Assembly: GCF_000485595.1 (NCBI RefSeq)
Contig: NW_014577077.1
Location: 592,999 to 656,998 of the forward strand
Origin: Priapulus caudatus
Taxonomy: Eukaryota
Length of the DNA: 64,000 nt
Reading direction: 5' to 3'
Positions 28,539-41,720 of the stretch are shown here, in pieces. The position numbers and the translations under genes are program-made. Below the pieces are notes generated by a model, which was not told the origin of the DNA, searched no databases, and worked only from the letters and a program-made list of their open reading frames with translations. Each line of letters begins with the position of its first letter. The stretch's first letter is position 1.

Positions 28539-30966
28539 ATATGTTGTGTGTCTGGTTGTGAGGAGAGAAGACTTCCCACATTTTATGTACTTGATAAACA
28601 AGGCACCATGCACCGGTTAGGTAGTCAATGCCATTCAAATAAATTACAAAACGCTGCACCCACGTTTGTTCATCTGCCGCGTACAACCACTAGACTGTCA
28701 CCATACGTCGCTGTTATACGTACGGCGGAAATGTTAACCGAGCGCGGCACACGTCTGCCATATGAAATCGGGACAGAAGCGCGGAAACGTAGCAACGACG
28801 TTTTCACACACTGCGCAGTCTCGTCTGCCGCGAATGCGATTTTTTTAAATTAAAGGAAAGTAACAGTACCAGCGGCTAATGACATTCTTATATTGCAGTA
28901 GCTGAGCTACGATTAGACAAATAGTAAACGTCACTACTGTTTAGTGATGCGTGCACCAAACGTCTCAGCAACGTCGTCGACATGAACCAACATGTTTCGC
29001 GCGGTATGATCGCCTGCGCTACACTCGCCTGAGTTACACCACCAGCGAGCGAGGTACTGACTGACTCACGCAGTGCGCTATTAATAGCGATGACACAACA
29101 CAAGTGAGATACGCGCTGGGCCTTCGTCAGAATCGTCACTTCGCGTGAACAGGCGCCTGACCCGCACGCTCACTGTTGCTTTCTCGTTCGGCAGCTAGAC
29201 ATCACCTCAGCGAACTCGTGTGATATAGGGAACGAGGAACGAGGAACGAGGAAGGTGAGGCGAACGCGGTATCCTACGTAGTGCAGAATTATTGTTCTCA
29301 TTTCAGGCTTTTTAGTACTAATGACGTGCGATCGGGAGAGGGAATGATCTTTTTTTTTAGGTTGCAATTGGCAGTAAACGAATTATGCGCGTTACACGCG
29401 ATTTGCATAATTGCTTTTCCATGCCTCTATGAAAATGTTCGAAGAAATGAGGTAAATTAATTGGCATATTACACAAAACACCAAGAGCAGGCAATGACCT
29501 TGTCATAGGCAGCTGTCTACGTTACAGTTCCACATATGAGTGTGCCCTAAGTGGCAGCTTAAATTATTACCTTGCATAACGTAATTAAAACAATTACTGC
29601 GCCAAGCTAATTCCATAGCTCTCGAGTGAGATTTAGTGCACACGAAACACATGCTACTCGAGTGATATTATACAGATTAGGCTGGCCAGTAAATGCAACT
29701 ATAAGCCTAATAAATAGAGGCAAACAGCATAGAAACCGCTGTCACTACAAATCGCTGTCGGGAAACTCAATACATATGTTTAGTGTCTTCAAACATCTCT
29801 GTTTATTCGTCGTAGCACACACTAAATAGTGTACATTTTTTGTAAAATTCCCAGAAGAAAATTCTATTATCTGCTATGATAGCAACAAGATATCATTTAA
29901 AAAAGTGGCGTTCCTAAATGTTAAGCTCTGCCATTGTATTATGACTAGCTAATCCAAGTCATTTCACCACATGCCAATCGGCTTGCTCATCATCAAATAT
30001 TATAAATGGGCGTCTATGGAAACTAACGTGGGTCCTGCTCAAGATAATGAAAATGATTTAGATTAAAATATTTTTAATAATACTGTATTGTCATTTTGTA
30101 TTTGTGAAGCGTACTTTTAACCAAACGGTGTTGTGATGGTACAATAGTATTTTTAAAGGCCGTGGCTTCTCGTCCGGTTACCGGACGCCCAGCTCCCAGG
30201 CAACGCATCCGGTCATATATTTCTTATGCGAACCCAACTATATTTTTATCAGTAAAAAACAATAAACAATAATTTTTTACCATAATATTACTTACCTTTA
30301 GGTATTTTATCAAACAAATTTATGTGTTTTTGTAACTTTTGAAGCAATATTAAATCCAGTAAAATCAACTATTTGAAAGGAGCCGTCGCCTAATCGTGCC
30401 GTGGATTTGGGAATCTGTGCTGAGCTTAATTTGTAATGGATGACCGGACGCGTAGCCACTGTGATTTTTAAAACTAACACACTGTATTTAACTTTTGCAA
30501 GCATTGGCAGACATGCTGTCTACCTCTAACCTCTATACCTCTAACAGGCATCGAATTAAACAATTATACCTAGTATCAGACTAATCGATATTTTTCGGGT
30601 GAACTTTAAGTGAACTTTAAATTTCAGCCATAAGTCCACACAGGCCACAGCCGCGGCCGATTACGTATATGAGCATGAAATAAAATATTTTTAATGTTAG
30701 ACATATTTGACTCATTTGAGGCACAAATTTCTTAGTTTTTAATATGGCAGATGTTTATTCACACAGCTTTACTGAGCGAAAAACGTCTATAGCAGCTGTG
30801 GCTTAATTGTCATTGTATCGTTAGCGGGCTGAATGTTAAGTCGCAGGTGCAAATCCTAGGTCGCAGGTTCTCATTTTCCAGAATGCAGGATCAGGTTTCC
30901 CATGCTCCTTGTCGCAGTCACATGAACTGAGCAACATCTAACAACCATTCTCCCGATGACGTTGCA

Positions 30967-30967
<1 letters not shown>

Positions 30968-31036
<69 letters not shown>
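30968..31036 (+). repeat. (GT)n microsatellite
   Basis: Pure GT run at the block X / satellite junction. Confidence 0.95.
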
Positions 31037-31038
<2 letters not shown>

Positions 31039-34000
31039 CACGACTCACGTGCTGGCACCAGGAACTCACGTCCCATGCTCACCACGAACTCACGCCCGTG
31101 TCTCACCGACAGAACGCTCACCATCCTGGCTCACCACGAACTCAACTCCTGCTCACCACGAACTCACGCTCCTGCTCACACGAACCTCACGCTCCTGCTA
31201 CCACGACGATCACCTCCTGCTCCCAGCAACCTCACGCTCCGTGCTGCGCCACGAGACTCACAGCTCGTGGTGCTCGGCCACGAAACCTCACGCTCCTGCT
31301 CATCACGAACCTCAGCACTCCCTGCTCACACGAACCTCACTCTCGCGTGTACCACGAACCTCACGACTGCTCGCCAACGAACACTCACATCCCTGCTCAC
31401 TACGAACGCTTCACGCTCCTGCTTGCACGAACTCAGCTCCGTGCTCGCCACGAACCCTCACGCTCCGCGTCACATGAACCTCACGCTCCCTGCTCACCAC
31501 GAACTCACGCTCCCTGCTCACACGAAACCTCCGCTCCTGCTCACCACGAAAGCCTCACGCTCCGTGCTCACCACGAACCTCACGCTGGCCCTGCTCACCC
31601 ACGAATCACGCTGCCGCTGCTCAATACGAACATCACGCTCCTGCTGCCACGAACCTCACGCTCAGTGCTCGCCATCAACGTCACGCTCCTGCTCATACGA
31701 ACTCACGCTCATGCTGCAACACGAACTCACGCTCCGTGCTCACACGAAACCTAACGCTCACTGCTCACCACGCTCGTCACGCTCCATGCTCACGACCACC
31801 TCACGCTCTGCTCAACACGAACGCTCCACGCTTCACGCACGAACTGAACGCCCTGCTCCCCACGAAGCCTACACGCAGTAGTCCGCTCCATGCTCCCCAC
31901 GAACTCACGCTCATGCTCAACGCACGAATCCTCTACGTTCGTAGCTCACCACGAAACGGATCAGTCTCCCTGCTCACCACGAACTCCCGTCCGTGCTCAT
32001 ACGAAACCTCACGCTCACCAGAACCTCATGCTCCTGCTCACTCACGACCTCACGCTCAGACGAACCTCACGTCCCTGCTCAAACGAACCATCGCTCACGC
32101 AGAACCTCACTGCTCTGCTCACGCACAGAACGCTCACGCTCCCTGCTCACCACGAACAGAGGCATGGGACACAGTGGAGATCGAGCTCACGCTCCCGTGA
32201 CTGCACACGAACCGTCACATCCCTGCGTCGACCAGGAACGATCACGGCTCTCCTGCTCACACGAACCGTCACGCTCCGTTGTTTTTTGCTACACGACCTC
32301 ACGCTCGCCTGCTCAGCACGAACCTCGACCTCCGCTGCTCAGGCCCCCCAACGAAGCTCACGCTCCATGCTCGCCACGAACGCTCAGCGCTCCATGTCAA
32401 GCACGAAGCTCACGTTCCTGCTCACCGACGAACCGTCACGCTCCCTGCTTACCACGAAGCCTCATCGCTCCTGCTCAACCAACGACATCAGCGTCCCTGA
32501 TGCATGCAACGACTCAACGCTCCCCTGCTGCGACAACACGAACGTCACGTCCGTCTCACCACGGAAACCTCACGCTCCGTGCTCACACAAGGCCTCAGCG
32601 CTCCTGCTCACCAAGAACTCACGCTCCGTGATCATCGACGATACCTCACGCTCACTGCACGAACTCACAGCTCGCTGCTCACACGATACCTAACCTCGCC
32701 TTTCTCATCCAGCGAACTCACGCTCCCATGACTGCACACAACCCACAAAACCGTCACGCTTCCTGCTCACCAGAACCGTACGCTCCTGGTCAGCCACGAA
32801 CCACCTCGTCACGCTCCTGCTCACCAACGAACCTCAACGCATCGCGTGCTCCCACGAACTCGCTTCCCTGCCTCAGCGCAACTACTCACCTGCGTGCTCA
32901 CACGATCTCCACGCGTCACCTGCTCAGCACGAACCCCTCACGCTCCTGACAAAGAACCTACGCTCCCTGCTCAGCCGAACCTCACGCTCACTCGACGACA
33001 GCTCACGCTCCTGCTCAGCATGAACGCTCGACGCTCACACGAAACTCTACGCTCGCTGCTCAGAACGCATTCACGCTCCTGGCTCAGCACGAACGCCTCA
33101 GCGCTCCACGCCACCACGAACGCATCCGCTGCCTGCTCAGCAGCGAACCTCACGCTTCCGCTGCTCATCGGAACGCTCAGACGCCCACGCTCAGCCTACG
33201 AACTCTACGCTCGCTGCTCCCTGACGGAACGAACGTCACGCTCTGCTGCTCACAGCGAAGCGCTCAAGCTCCTGCTCGGCACGAACCTGATACGTTCCTG
33301 CCACGCAGACCTGCACGGTCCTGCTCACATCGAACCGTCACGCTCCGTGGCTCGCAAGCGCACGCTCGACGCTCCTGCTCAGCACGAACCCACGGCTCCC
33401 TGGCTAGCACGATTCTGCACGCTCTCTGCTCACAACGAACCTCACGCTCACCTGCTCACACGAACCTCACGCTCCTGCTCACACGATGTCCTCAGCTCCC
33501 GTGCTCACCACGAACCTCAGGGCTCCTGGCTCACCAGCGAACCTCACGCTCCCTGCTCAACTGAAGAACCCGTCATCGCTGCCGTGCTCTACCACGACAC
33601 CGTCACGCTCCCGTGCTCACCACGAACACTCACGCTCACCCTGCTCACGCAAAACCTCACAGCGCCTGCTCACCACGATAACCTTCACGCTCCTGGTCAC
33701 CACGAACCTCAGACGCGTCCTTGGCTCACCAGAACCTCACGCTCGGTCTGCTGCACACGAATCGCTCACGCTCCTGCTCACCACGGAAACTCGACGCTCC
33801 TGCTCACACGAACGTCAATCTCCTGCTCAGCCACGAACCGTTCACGCTTCCCTGCTCAGAGCGAACCTGCACGCTCCTGCTCCGCACGGAACGTCAGCGT
33901 CTCTGCCTCGACCACGAACCTGATTCATCGCTCGTCCTGCTCACTACGTAACCTCACGCTCCCTGCTCACACACGAACCTACGCTCCCTGCTCAGCGCCC

Positions 34001-35377
34001 AGCGAACGTCACCTCCCTGCTCACAACTGAAACTACGGCTCCCTGCTCACGCACGGAACCTCACCGCTCCCTGCTCACCACGAACCGTCACGCTCGCTGC
34101 TGCGACACGAACCTCACGCTCCCTGCTCCGCACGAACTCAGCTCCCGTGCTGCAGCACGACCCACGCTCGCTGCTCACTGACTGACCTCACGCATCCCTG
34201 CCAGCCACGAACATCACGCTCCCTGCTCACCACGAACCGTCGTTCACGCTCTCCTGCTCAGCCACGAAACTCACGCTCCGCTGCTTCAAGCACTGAACCT
34301 GACGCTCGCTGGCTACGCACGAACGTCACGCTCAGCTGCTCGTAGCACTAAACCGTCACGCTCCGTGCTCGCCACGACGCTCACCTCCATGCTTCAGCAC
34401 GAACTCTCACAGCTCGCTGCTCACCGACGATCCTGACGCTCCTGCTCAGCTACGAACGCTCAGGCGCCCCTGCTCAACACGTTACGCATACACGCCTCGC
34501 TGCTTCAGCACCGGAACCTCACGCCTCCTGCTCACCACGAACCTCTAACGCTCCCGCTCACTCAACACCGTCACGGCTCCCTGCTCAGGCCGAGACTCAC
34601 GCTCCGTGCTCAGCACGAAGCTCACCTCGCTGCTCAGCACGAAGCCTCACGCTCCTTGCTCACCACGTAGTCCTCATCACGCTCCTGTCACCACGGAGAC
34701 CTCACGCTCCTGCTCCGCACGGAACCTCAGCGCTCCTGCTCACTACGACTCACGCTCCTCTGTCACACGAACCTCACCTCCTGCTCACCGAATCTCACGC
34801 TCCGTGGCTCACCACGAACCTCACCTCGGCCTGCTCACGCATCGAGACCTCACGCTCCGCTGCCCTCGCTCACGAATCTCAGCGGCTGCCCTGCTCACTG
34901 TGCAAGACTCACGCTGCCTGCTACACGAACTCACGCCCCTGCTCAGCACGAGCGCTTCAGCGCTCCCTGTCCCACGAACCTGACGCTCGCATGCTCGGCA
35001 CGAACCGTCACGCTCCCTGCTCACACACGAACCTCTTACGCTCACTGCTCGGCCACGATTCGCTGCCGACGCTTCCCTGCTCACCACGAACCAGAATTAC
35101 GCTCGCCTGCTCACACGAACCGTGGGTCTCCGACCACCCCCCCGACGCCGCATTCGACTTAGAGAACGGCCGGAGCCGCCCCGGCGCCCCATGCCCGCGT
35201 TGCAGGCCGACTCACGCTCCGTGCTCACACGAACCACCTCGCCTGGCTCACCACGAACCTCCCGCTCCTGCTACCACGACCTCAGCTCCTGCTCAGCGCA
35301 CGAACCTCAGCCGATCCTGCTCAGCCACGAACGTCAGGCTCCTGCTCAGCACGAACCGCTCACGCTCCCTGCTCAGC
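31037..35377 (-). repeat. 25-bp minisatellite, inverted orientation
   Basis: CGCTCCCTGCTCACCACGAACCTCA units, very indel-rich, ending at an N gap. Confidence 0.92.
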
Positions 35378-35402
35378 NNNNNNNNNNNNNNNNNNNNNNN
35401 NN

Positions 35403-36899
35403 ATGTATGAACACCGTGGGTATAGGGAGGCTTATGCCGGAGTCAATTGGGAAACCACTGGACTTATCCAAGAAGCTTGCGCTGGCAAAACGGCAAGTCC
35501 CTCCCTGGCTGTCGTCAGGTTTCGAATCAGGCAATTCTCAACGTCCTAAAGACGTGTAACTATGGAACTAGATCGTATTCAGTAGCACACATGATAGCGA
35601 GGACCATTTCACGAATTGTTTCTTCTTTTTTTCTTTGTTGTAGTTTGTCACATTCGCAGGCGTACTAGTGCACGTGTGCATTTGTCCACGTATGCGAATC
35701 ATTATCATTCGATCATCGTAGTTGTTGGGTTTCACTAGAATTTCTCCGCCAGAAAGCCAGATCGCCAGAATCGATCATTAAACCTGTATATTATCTAAGG
35801 CGTATACGAGCGTCTATTCGGTTACCAACAGTCTGTTATAATGCTAATGCTGTGTTTGTACTTGAAGTGAAACTGATAAGCTGCTGGGTAACTTTTGCAT
35901 GCCCACGACTTTTCCGCGCAGACTTTACGCAGGGGCGAAGTCGGGCTGTTACGCTGTCGCTGACGAAAATGTGACTAAGCGCTCGCGAGTACTCAATATT
36001 GTCATGTTGCCAGTTACGCGCAGAAACTGAGCGTTTACATACCGTCGTATATACCGTATACTGTTATACGCTGATATTTCGCTGGGGTTTAATTTTTCGC
36101 GAATTTCGCGAACGCGTTCCCGACCGCGAAAATAACAAACACGCGAATAATTCATACGCAATAAGTCTTGAATTCGCGAAAATATCTGGTACGTAATGAA
36201 AAATATGTCGTATACAGTATTCGTTTGATTACATATTGACATGGTGTCTGGACGTATTCGGTTGAACGGTGGTGCCAATTGTTGAAGTGCTTCTTCACAC
36301 GAGTATGATACGGATCTGTGCTCGCTGCTACACCTTATTTCCATGACAGCGTGATTTTACACATTACACGGCTGAGAGAAAACGCACAAAAACGCGAGTA
36401 TAAAACACTGGAAAACACTTGAATGTTTTTTCAATGAAGACTTGATTGCTACCTCGAGGGCCCGCCAGTTGTCACGCCTATGTTAACGGCAGCTGCCTGT
36501 CTTGTAATTCGGTCGTAAATAAATGCATTTTGTACTGTCTCTCAGCCGCGCATTACATCATCATCTATTTTGGCGAAAGTGACCATTCATTATGATGACA
36601 TCAGAACATCACGTCATCAGCCGATATTCGGTGAGATTATCCGCGCTTGAACCATGTATCATATCAGAATTCACCATGCCATGCTCTAGTAAAGAAATAT
36701 TAGGATAAAGGATGTACGTTAGTGGACGTATGGTAAAGTTTGCTGTCTAAATATGTGGTGAAATATTGTTTATCAGTCTTGAAGGTTTGGTATTTATATT
36801 TTATCATACAACGTTTATATTCGTAGTAATCTATGCTAGTAGTCGCGTTATCTACTTTACACTTGTTGCTATCAATTTCATATTCTTCTAACAAAAAAT
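35403..36899 (-). repeat. Inverted copy of block Z (40017-41533)
   Basis: ORFs 36700-36894(-) and 39872-40216(+) share an identical peptide stretch; the DNA is near-identical apart from a few short indels. Confidence 0.92.
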
Positions 36900-37840
36900 A
36901 GACTGCTGGTGGAATGCAAATAATTGGTGAAATGGTGTTCGTTAGTTAGCTGATAGGAATGCTATCTAGCCTACTATAATTATGAGTTACGTTGGGTCTG
37001 TAACCCTTTCAATGGAAATTTATATTGTGGCTGCTATGTACAAAAACAAGCTAGAAAACAAAAACACTTACGTAGTTTCTACCGGCAAGATCGCTACAGT
37101 TTTGTGGGCGACTTTTTGATGCCTTCGCTTTCGTCCACGCGACTGTTCACTGTTAAAAACTGTTCACTGCGACACGCGACCGTTCACTGTAAATCTCACA
37201 CACACTGTGTGCGCGCGCGATCAGGCAGTGTCTGAAGTAGGTCACTGAGGAGGCATGTTCGGACAAGCTCTGTTGTGCTGGGTTGGTGCATGAGAGCTGA
37301 TAGCCACACAGGTGTCAGGCGTCGAGTGTTGTGGGCGTGTACAGAGTAGTTCTTCACCAATCATAGCGTGTGATTGCTTTCGATGCCGATGCCGAGGCTG
37401 GTGATAACATAATGTGCAAAAATAATTGTGTAAAGAAATGTGAATTGTCTAGACTCTAAACCTTAACAAGCTGCTGGTTGAATAACATTAGACGTGTAAA
37501 ATATACATGACTTGGAAATAAACACTTGTACAGAATGCAAAACTAGCAAATGTAAATTAGTATACAAATCTGACTTCGTACACGTTTTTTGCCATCATGC
37601 CCTCCCACACTCTCTTCTCCATCTTCCTCTCCCCGTTACGTTGCCCTATGCTATCTCTGTCCCTCTATCTCTTTCTCTCCCTCTCTCCATCTCTCGCATT
37701 GTTTAATTCTCTCTTATATGCACACGCACGCACGCATGCAAGCACACACACAGACGCGCGCGCACACACACACGCACGCACGCACGCAGCCACACACGAC
37801 GCACGGCACCACCCACACACACACACACACACACCACACG

Positions 37841-37995
37841 TGAGGTTCGTGGTGAGCAGTGAGCGTGAGGTTCGTGGTGAGCAGGGAGCGTGAGGTTCGT
37901 GGTGAGCAGGGAGCGTGAGGTTCGTGGTGAGCAGGGAGCGTGAGGTTCGTGGTGAGCAGGGAGCGTGAGGTTCGTAGTGAGCAGGGAGCGTGGAG
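37841..37995 (+). repeat. 25-bp minisatellite, clean copy
   Basis: About six near-perfect units just inside the right TIR region. Confidence 0.92.
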
Positions 37996-38359
37996 GAGCA
38001 GGGAGGAAAATATCTGTCGTGTTTGATCATTTTGGTCTCGTGAGGCTAAAAACAGTGTGTGCAGGGGTATGAGACTCTTGCTGAGCACGAAACTCAGTGG
38101 CAGTGCATTTTTTATTGGTTCTCACCCAGAAGTGGTGCATTTTGATTGGTTTAGCCGTTCACCCGCTCCAGTGACTGCTTCGTGCACACGTGCACTAGAC
38201 AGTGGCACCCGCAAATTTTGGTCACGCTAGGCTGAAAATTCAGCGTGTGCGGGGGTGTGAGGTTCCTGCTTCAGTACAAACCTCACCGTGTGCAGGGGCC
38301 TTAATGTTTAATGTTCCTGACCTTCGATTCCTTGAAACACCCTTATGTTCCATGTGTAT

Positions 38360-38399
38360 CAGAAGTAGATAATAGGGAACTCCCTATTATCTACTTCTG
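38360..38399. mobile_element. 40-bp TIR-only hairpin with 8-bp TSD
   Basis: ATGTGTAT|CAGAAGTAGATAATAGGGA-AC-TCCCTATTATCTACTTCTG|ATGTGTAT. Confidence 0.8.
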
Positions 38400-40718
38400 A
38401 TGTGTATGGAATGGAGGTGTTTCTGCAATCAGTGCCCTGCGAATAGTGCACTCCAGAACAAATTTAGTAATTTTTATTATAAACTCTCTTCCTTGTGTTA
38501 TATAATTAAATAGTCAGCACATGTTGGAAAAAGTTAGATGACATTCATAATTGTTCTTACATTAGGGGAAATCGGTGAATTACCTATTTCTTTTGGCGGA
38601 AAAATACTATGTATGAACGCATCTAAAATTATAAAATGGAAGTCAGTCGGACAACTGGGATTAATGGTATGGAATATCACACTTTGAACTTTTTTTAATG
38701 CATTACTTTCATAACATGGGGTCATATTGTAGGTATTGTAATGTTACGAGGTCCTGCGTAAATTTCATTACAATACACCAATCATATTTTCTTCATTCGT
38801 GCATGCTAACAAATCGTTGGAAATTTAAAAAGTTTGTATTTTAAGGCTGCACAACCAACACGTCAAAAAGATATTCATATTCGCCCTCTCCCCTCACATA
38901 ATTACATCTACATTCACCCACACAATTATGTGTATTCCCCCCCCCAACCTAACACACAAGTGCACACAGCTAAACCCAGCCTCAACCAGATGAGACGGGA
39001 TACTAGAAAAGCGTTGCCGAAAGGAGGTGTTGATCCGAAGCGCTGTGAACAGATCTTGCGCACAATTCCGCGGCAAGGCGCACGCGACCGCGGGAAAGTC
39101 CTACGACAGTATGCAGCGCTGGCAGCTATGGATCCGTGCGCCGAATGCATAGGCCGGCGCACGATTCCATAGCTGCCAGCGAGCAGTCGATAATTTTACC
39201 GGGAATACAATGAAACAGCTCAGCTGCATTGAGCTGCTGTTCTTTGCACGTTCAATGAAAATATCAATAAAAGTGTTAACACCTTCTACTTCTACACTGT
39301 GTTGTATAAGTTTTATTATGAATTGTATTTTATTATGCGTCAGCGGCTTCATGTAACGAGCGGCAGCTGCAGCGGATACATAAGCTGGATTTTATAATAA
39401 TACATGCGGAAATAATACGCCTCTATTCATGTAAATAGAAATGTTCACCTATATACAAACAATGACGACGTAATAATCACAAATATTGTCAATAGGTGAA
39501 TAGCTCCTGATATGATCTGTGAATTGTGCATGTTAGATGACATACTTATCTTGCGCCATGACTTGTGGCAAGGCTAAAAAATGATTTTGTTGAGGAAACG
39601 GATTTTTTTGACTTCTCAAAAATTGTTCCTAATGAACATTTTAAAGACACTGACGCATGCACTCAGCGACGCACACACACATACAAACACATACATGCAC
39701 CCATAGAAATGTCTGTGCCGGCCTGCGTGCGTACGTACGTGCGTCGGTGTGTGACTGCGTGCGTTCATACATGTTACTGTATACGCACGTGTGTGCGTAT
39801 TTGTGTGCTTCGTAGTACTACAGCTAGCTATGTGCTTGCGTGCTTGGCTGCCTGTATAAGTAGGTACGGGCGTGCGTACGTGCGTCCGTCTACGTATGCT
39901 AAGTGCAGGGGTAGACGAATTTTTTGCTGCACTCTGGCACCATCTAATACATGCAAAAATTGCCTATCGGCTCTGGCCCACTTTGGCTTTGAAAGAAGAA
40001 CAAGTGCCGCAGAGCAATTTTTTGTTAGAAGAATATGAAATTGATAGCAACAAGTGTAAAGTAGATAACGCGACTACTAGCATAGATTACTACGAATATA
40101 AACGTTGTATGATAAAATATAAATACCAAACCTTCAAGACTGATAAACAATATTTCACCACATATTTAGACAGCAAACTTTACCATACGTCCACTAACGT
40201 ACATCCTTTATCCTAATATTTCTTTACTAGAGCATGGCATGGTGAATTCTGATATGATACATGGTTCAAGCGCGGATAATCTCACGATATCGGCTGATGA
40301 CGTGATGTTCTGATGTCATCATAATGAATGGTCACTTTCCAAAAATAGATGATGATGTAATGCGCGGCTGAGAGACAGTACACAAAATGCATTTATTTAC
40401 GACCGAATTACAGAACAGCAGCTGCCGTTAAACATAGGCGTGACAACTGCGGGCCCTCGAGGTAGCAAATCAAGTCTTCATTGAAAAAACATTCAAGTGT
40501 TTTCCAGTGTTTATACTCGCGTTTTTGTGCGTTTTCTCTCAGCCGTGTAATGTGTAAAATCACGCTGTCATGGAAATAAGGTGTAGCAGCGAGCACAGAT
40601 CCGTATCATACTCGTGTGAAGAAGCACTGAGCTGATTCTTCAACAATTGGCACCACCGTTCAACCGAATACGCTACCATGCACGTCCCAGACACCATGTC
40701 AATATGTAATCAAACGAA

Positions 40719-40874
40719 TACTGTATACGACATATTTTTCATTACGTACAGATATTTTCGCGAATTCAGACTTATTCGGTATGAATTATTCGCGTGTTGT
40801 TATTTTCGCGGTCGGGAACGCGTTCGCGAAATTCGCGAAAATTAAACCCCAGCGAAATATGCAGCGTATACAGT
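40719..40874. mobile_element. Short palindromic MITE within block Z
   Basis: TACTGTATACG ... CGTATACAGTA ends with internal TTCGCGAA palindromes; inverse copy at about 36058-36219. Confidence 0.55.
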
Positions 40875-41501
40875 ATACGGTATATACGACGGTATGTAAA
40901 CGCTCAGTTTCTGCGCGTAACTGCAACATGACAATATTGAGTACTCGCGAGCGCTTAGTCACATTTTCGTCAGCGTAACAGCCCGACTTCGCCCCTGCGT
41001 AAAGTCTGCGCGGAAAAGTCGTGGGCATGCAAAAGTTACCCAGCAGCTTATCAGTTCAAATTCAAGTACAAACACGCATTAGCATTATAACAGACTGTTG
41101 GTAACCGAATAGACGCTCGGTATACGCCTTAGATTATTCCTAATATACAGGTTTAATGATCGATTTCTGGCGATCTGGCTTTCTGGCGGAGAAATTCTAG
41201 TGGAAACCCAACAACTACGATGATCGAATGATAATGATGTCGCAATACGTGGACAAATGCACACGTGCACTAGTACGCCTGCGAATGTGACAAACTAAAC
41301 AAAGAAAAAAAGAAGAAACAATTCGTGGAAATGGGTCCTCGCTATCAATGTGCTACTGAATCACGTAGTTCCATAGTTACACGTCCTTTAGGACGTTGAG
41401 AATTGCCTGATTCGAAACCTGACGACAGCCAGGGAGGGACTTGCCGTTTTGCCAGCGGCAAGCTTCTGGGATAAGTCCAGTGGTTTCCAATTGACTCCGG
41501 G

Positions 41502-41720
41502 CATAAGCCTCCCTATACCCACGGTGTTCATACATAAGCCTCTCTATACCCGCTGTGTGCATACATAAGCCTCCATATACCCACGGTGTTCATACATAAG
41601 CCTCTCTATACCCACTGTGTGCGTACATAAGCCTCCATATACCCGCTGTGTTCATACATAAGCCTCCATATACCCACTGTGTGCGTACATAACGGTCATA
41701 ACCCTCTCTAGACCCACTGT
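41502..41720 (+). repeat. About 31-bp minisatellite (CATAAGCCTCCATATACCCACTGTGTGCGTA-like)
   Basis: Six to seven tandem units within block Z; noisy counterpart at 24300-24520. Confidence 0.8.

Larger units (their letters stand above)
14376..38301. mobile_element. PIF/Harbinger-like non-autonomous element ends enclosing 25-bp minisatellite and duplicated blocks
   Basis: Left TAA|AGGCCCCGCACACGGTGAGGTTCATGCTGA; right TCAGTACAAACCTCACCGTGTGCAGGGGCCT|TAA. About 35-bp imperfect TIRs, TAA TSD, and the same satellite inside both ends. Internal length probably inflated by assembly. Confidence 0.7.

Noticed and set aside
30956..35559. Many overlapping ORFs
   Set aside because: Same 25-bp satellite in reverse orientation, in noisy gap-fill sequence.
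39872..40216. Peptide LEEYEIDSNKCK... occurring twice, suggesting a duplicated gene
   Set aside because: Results from the inverted DNA duplication of block Z; no domain or splice structure.
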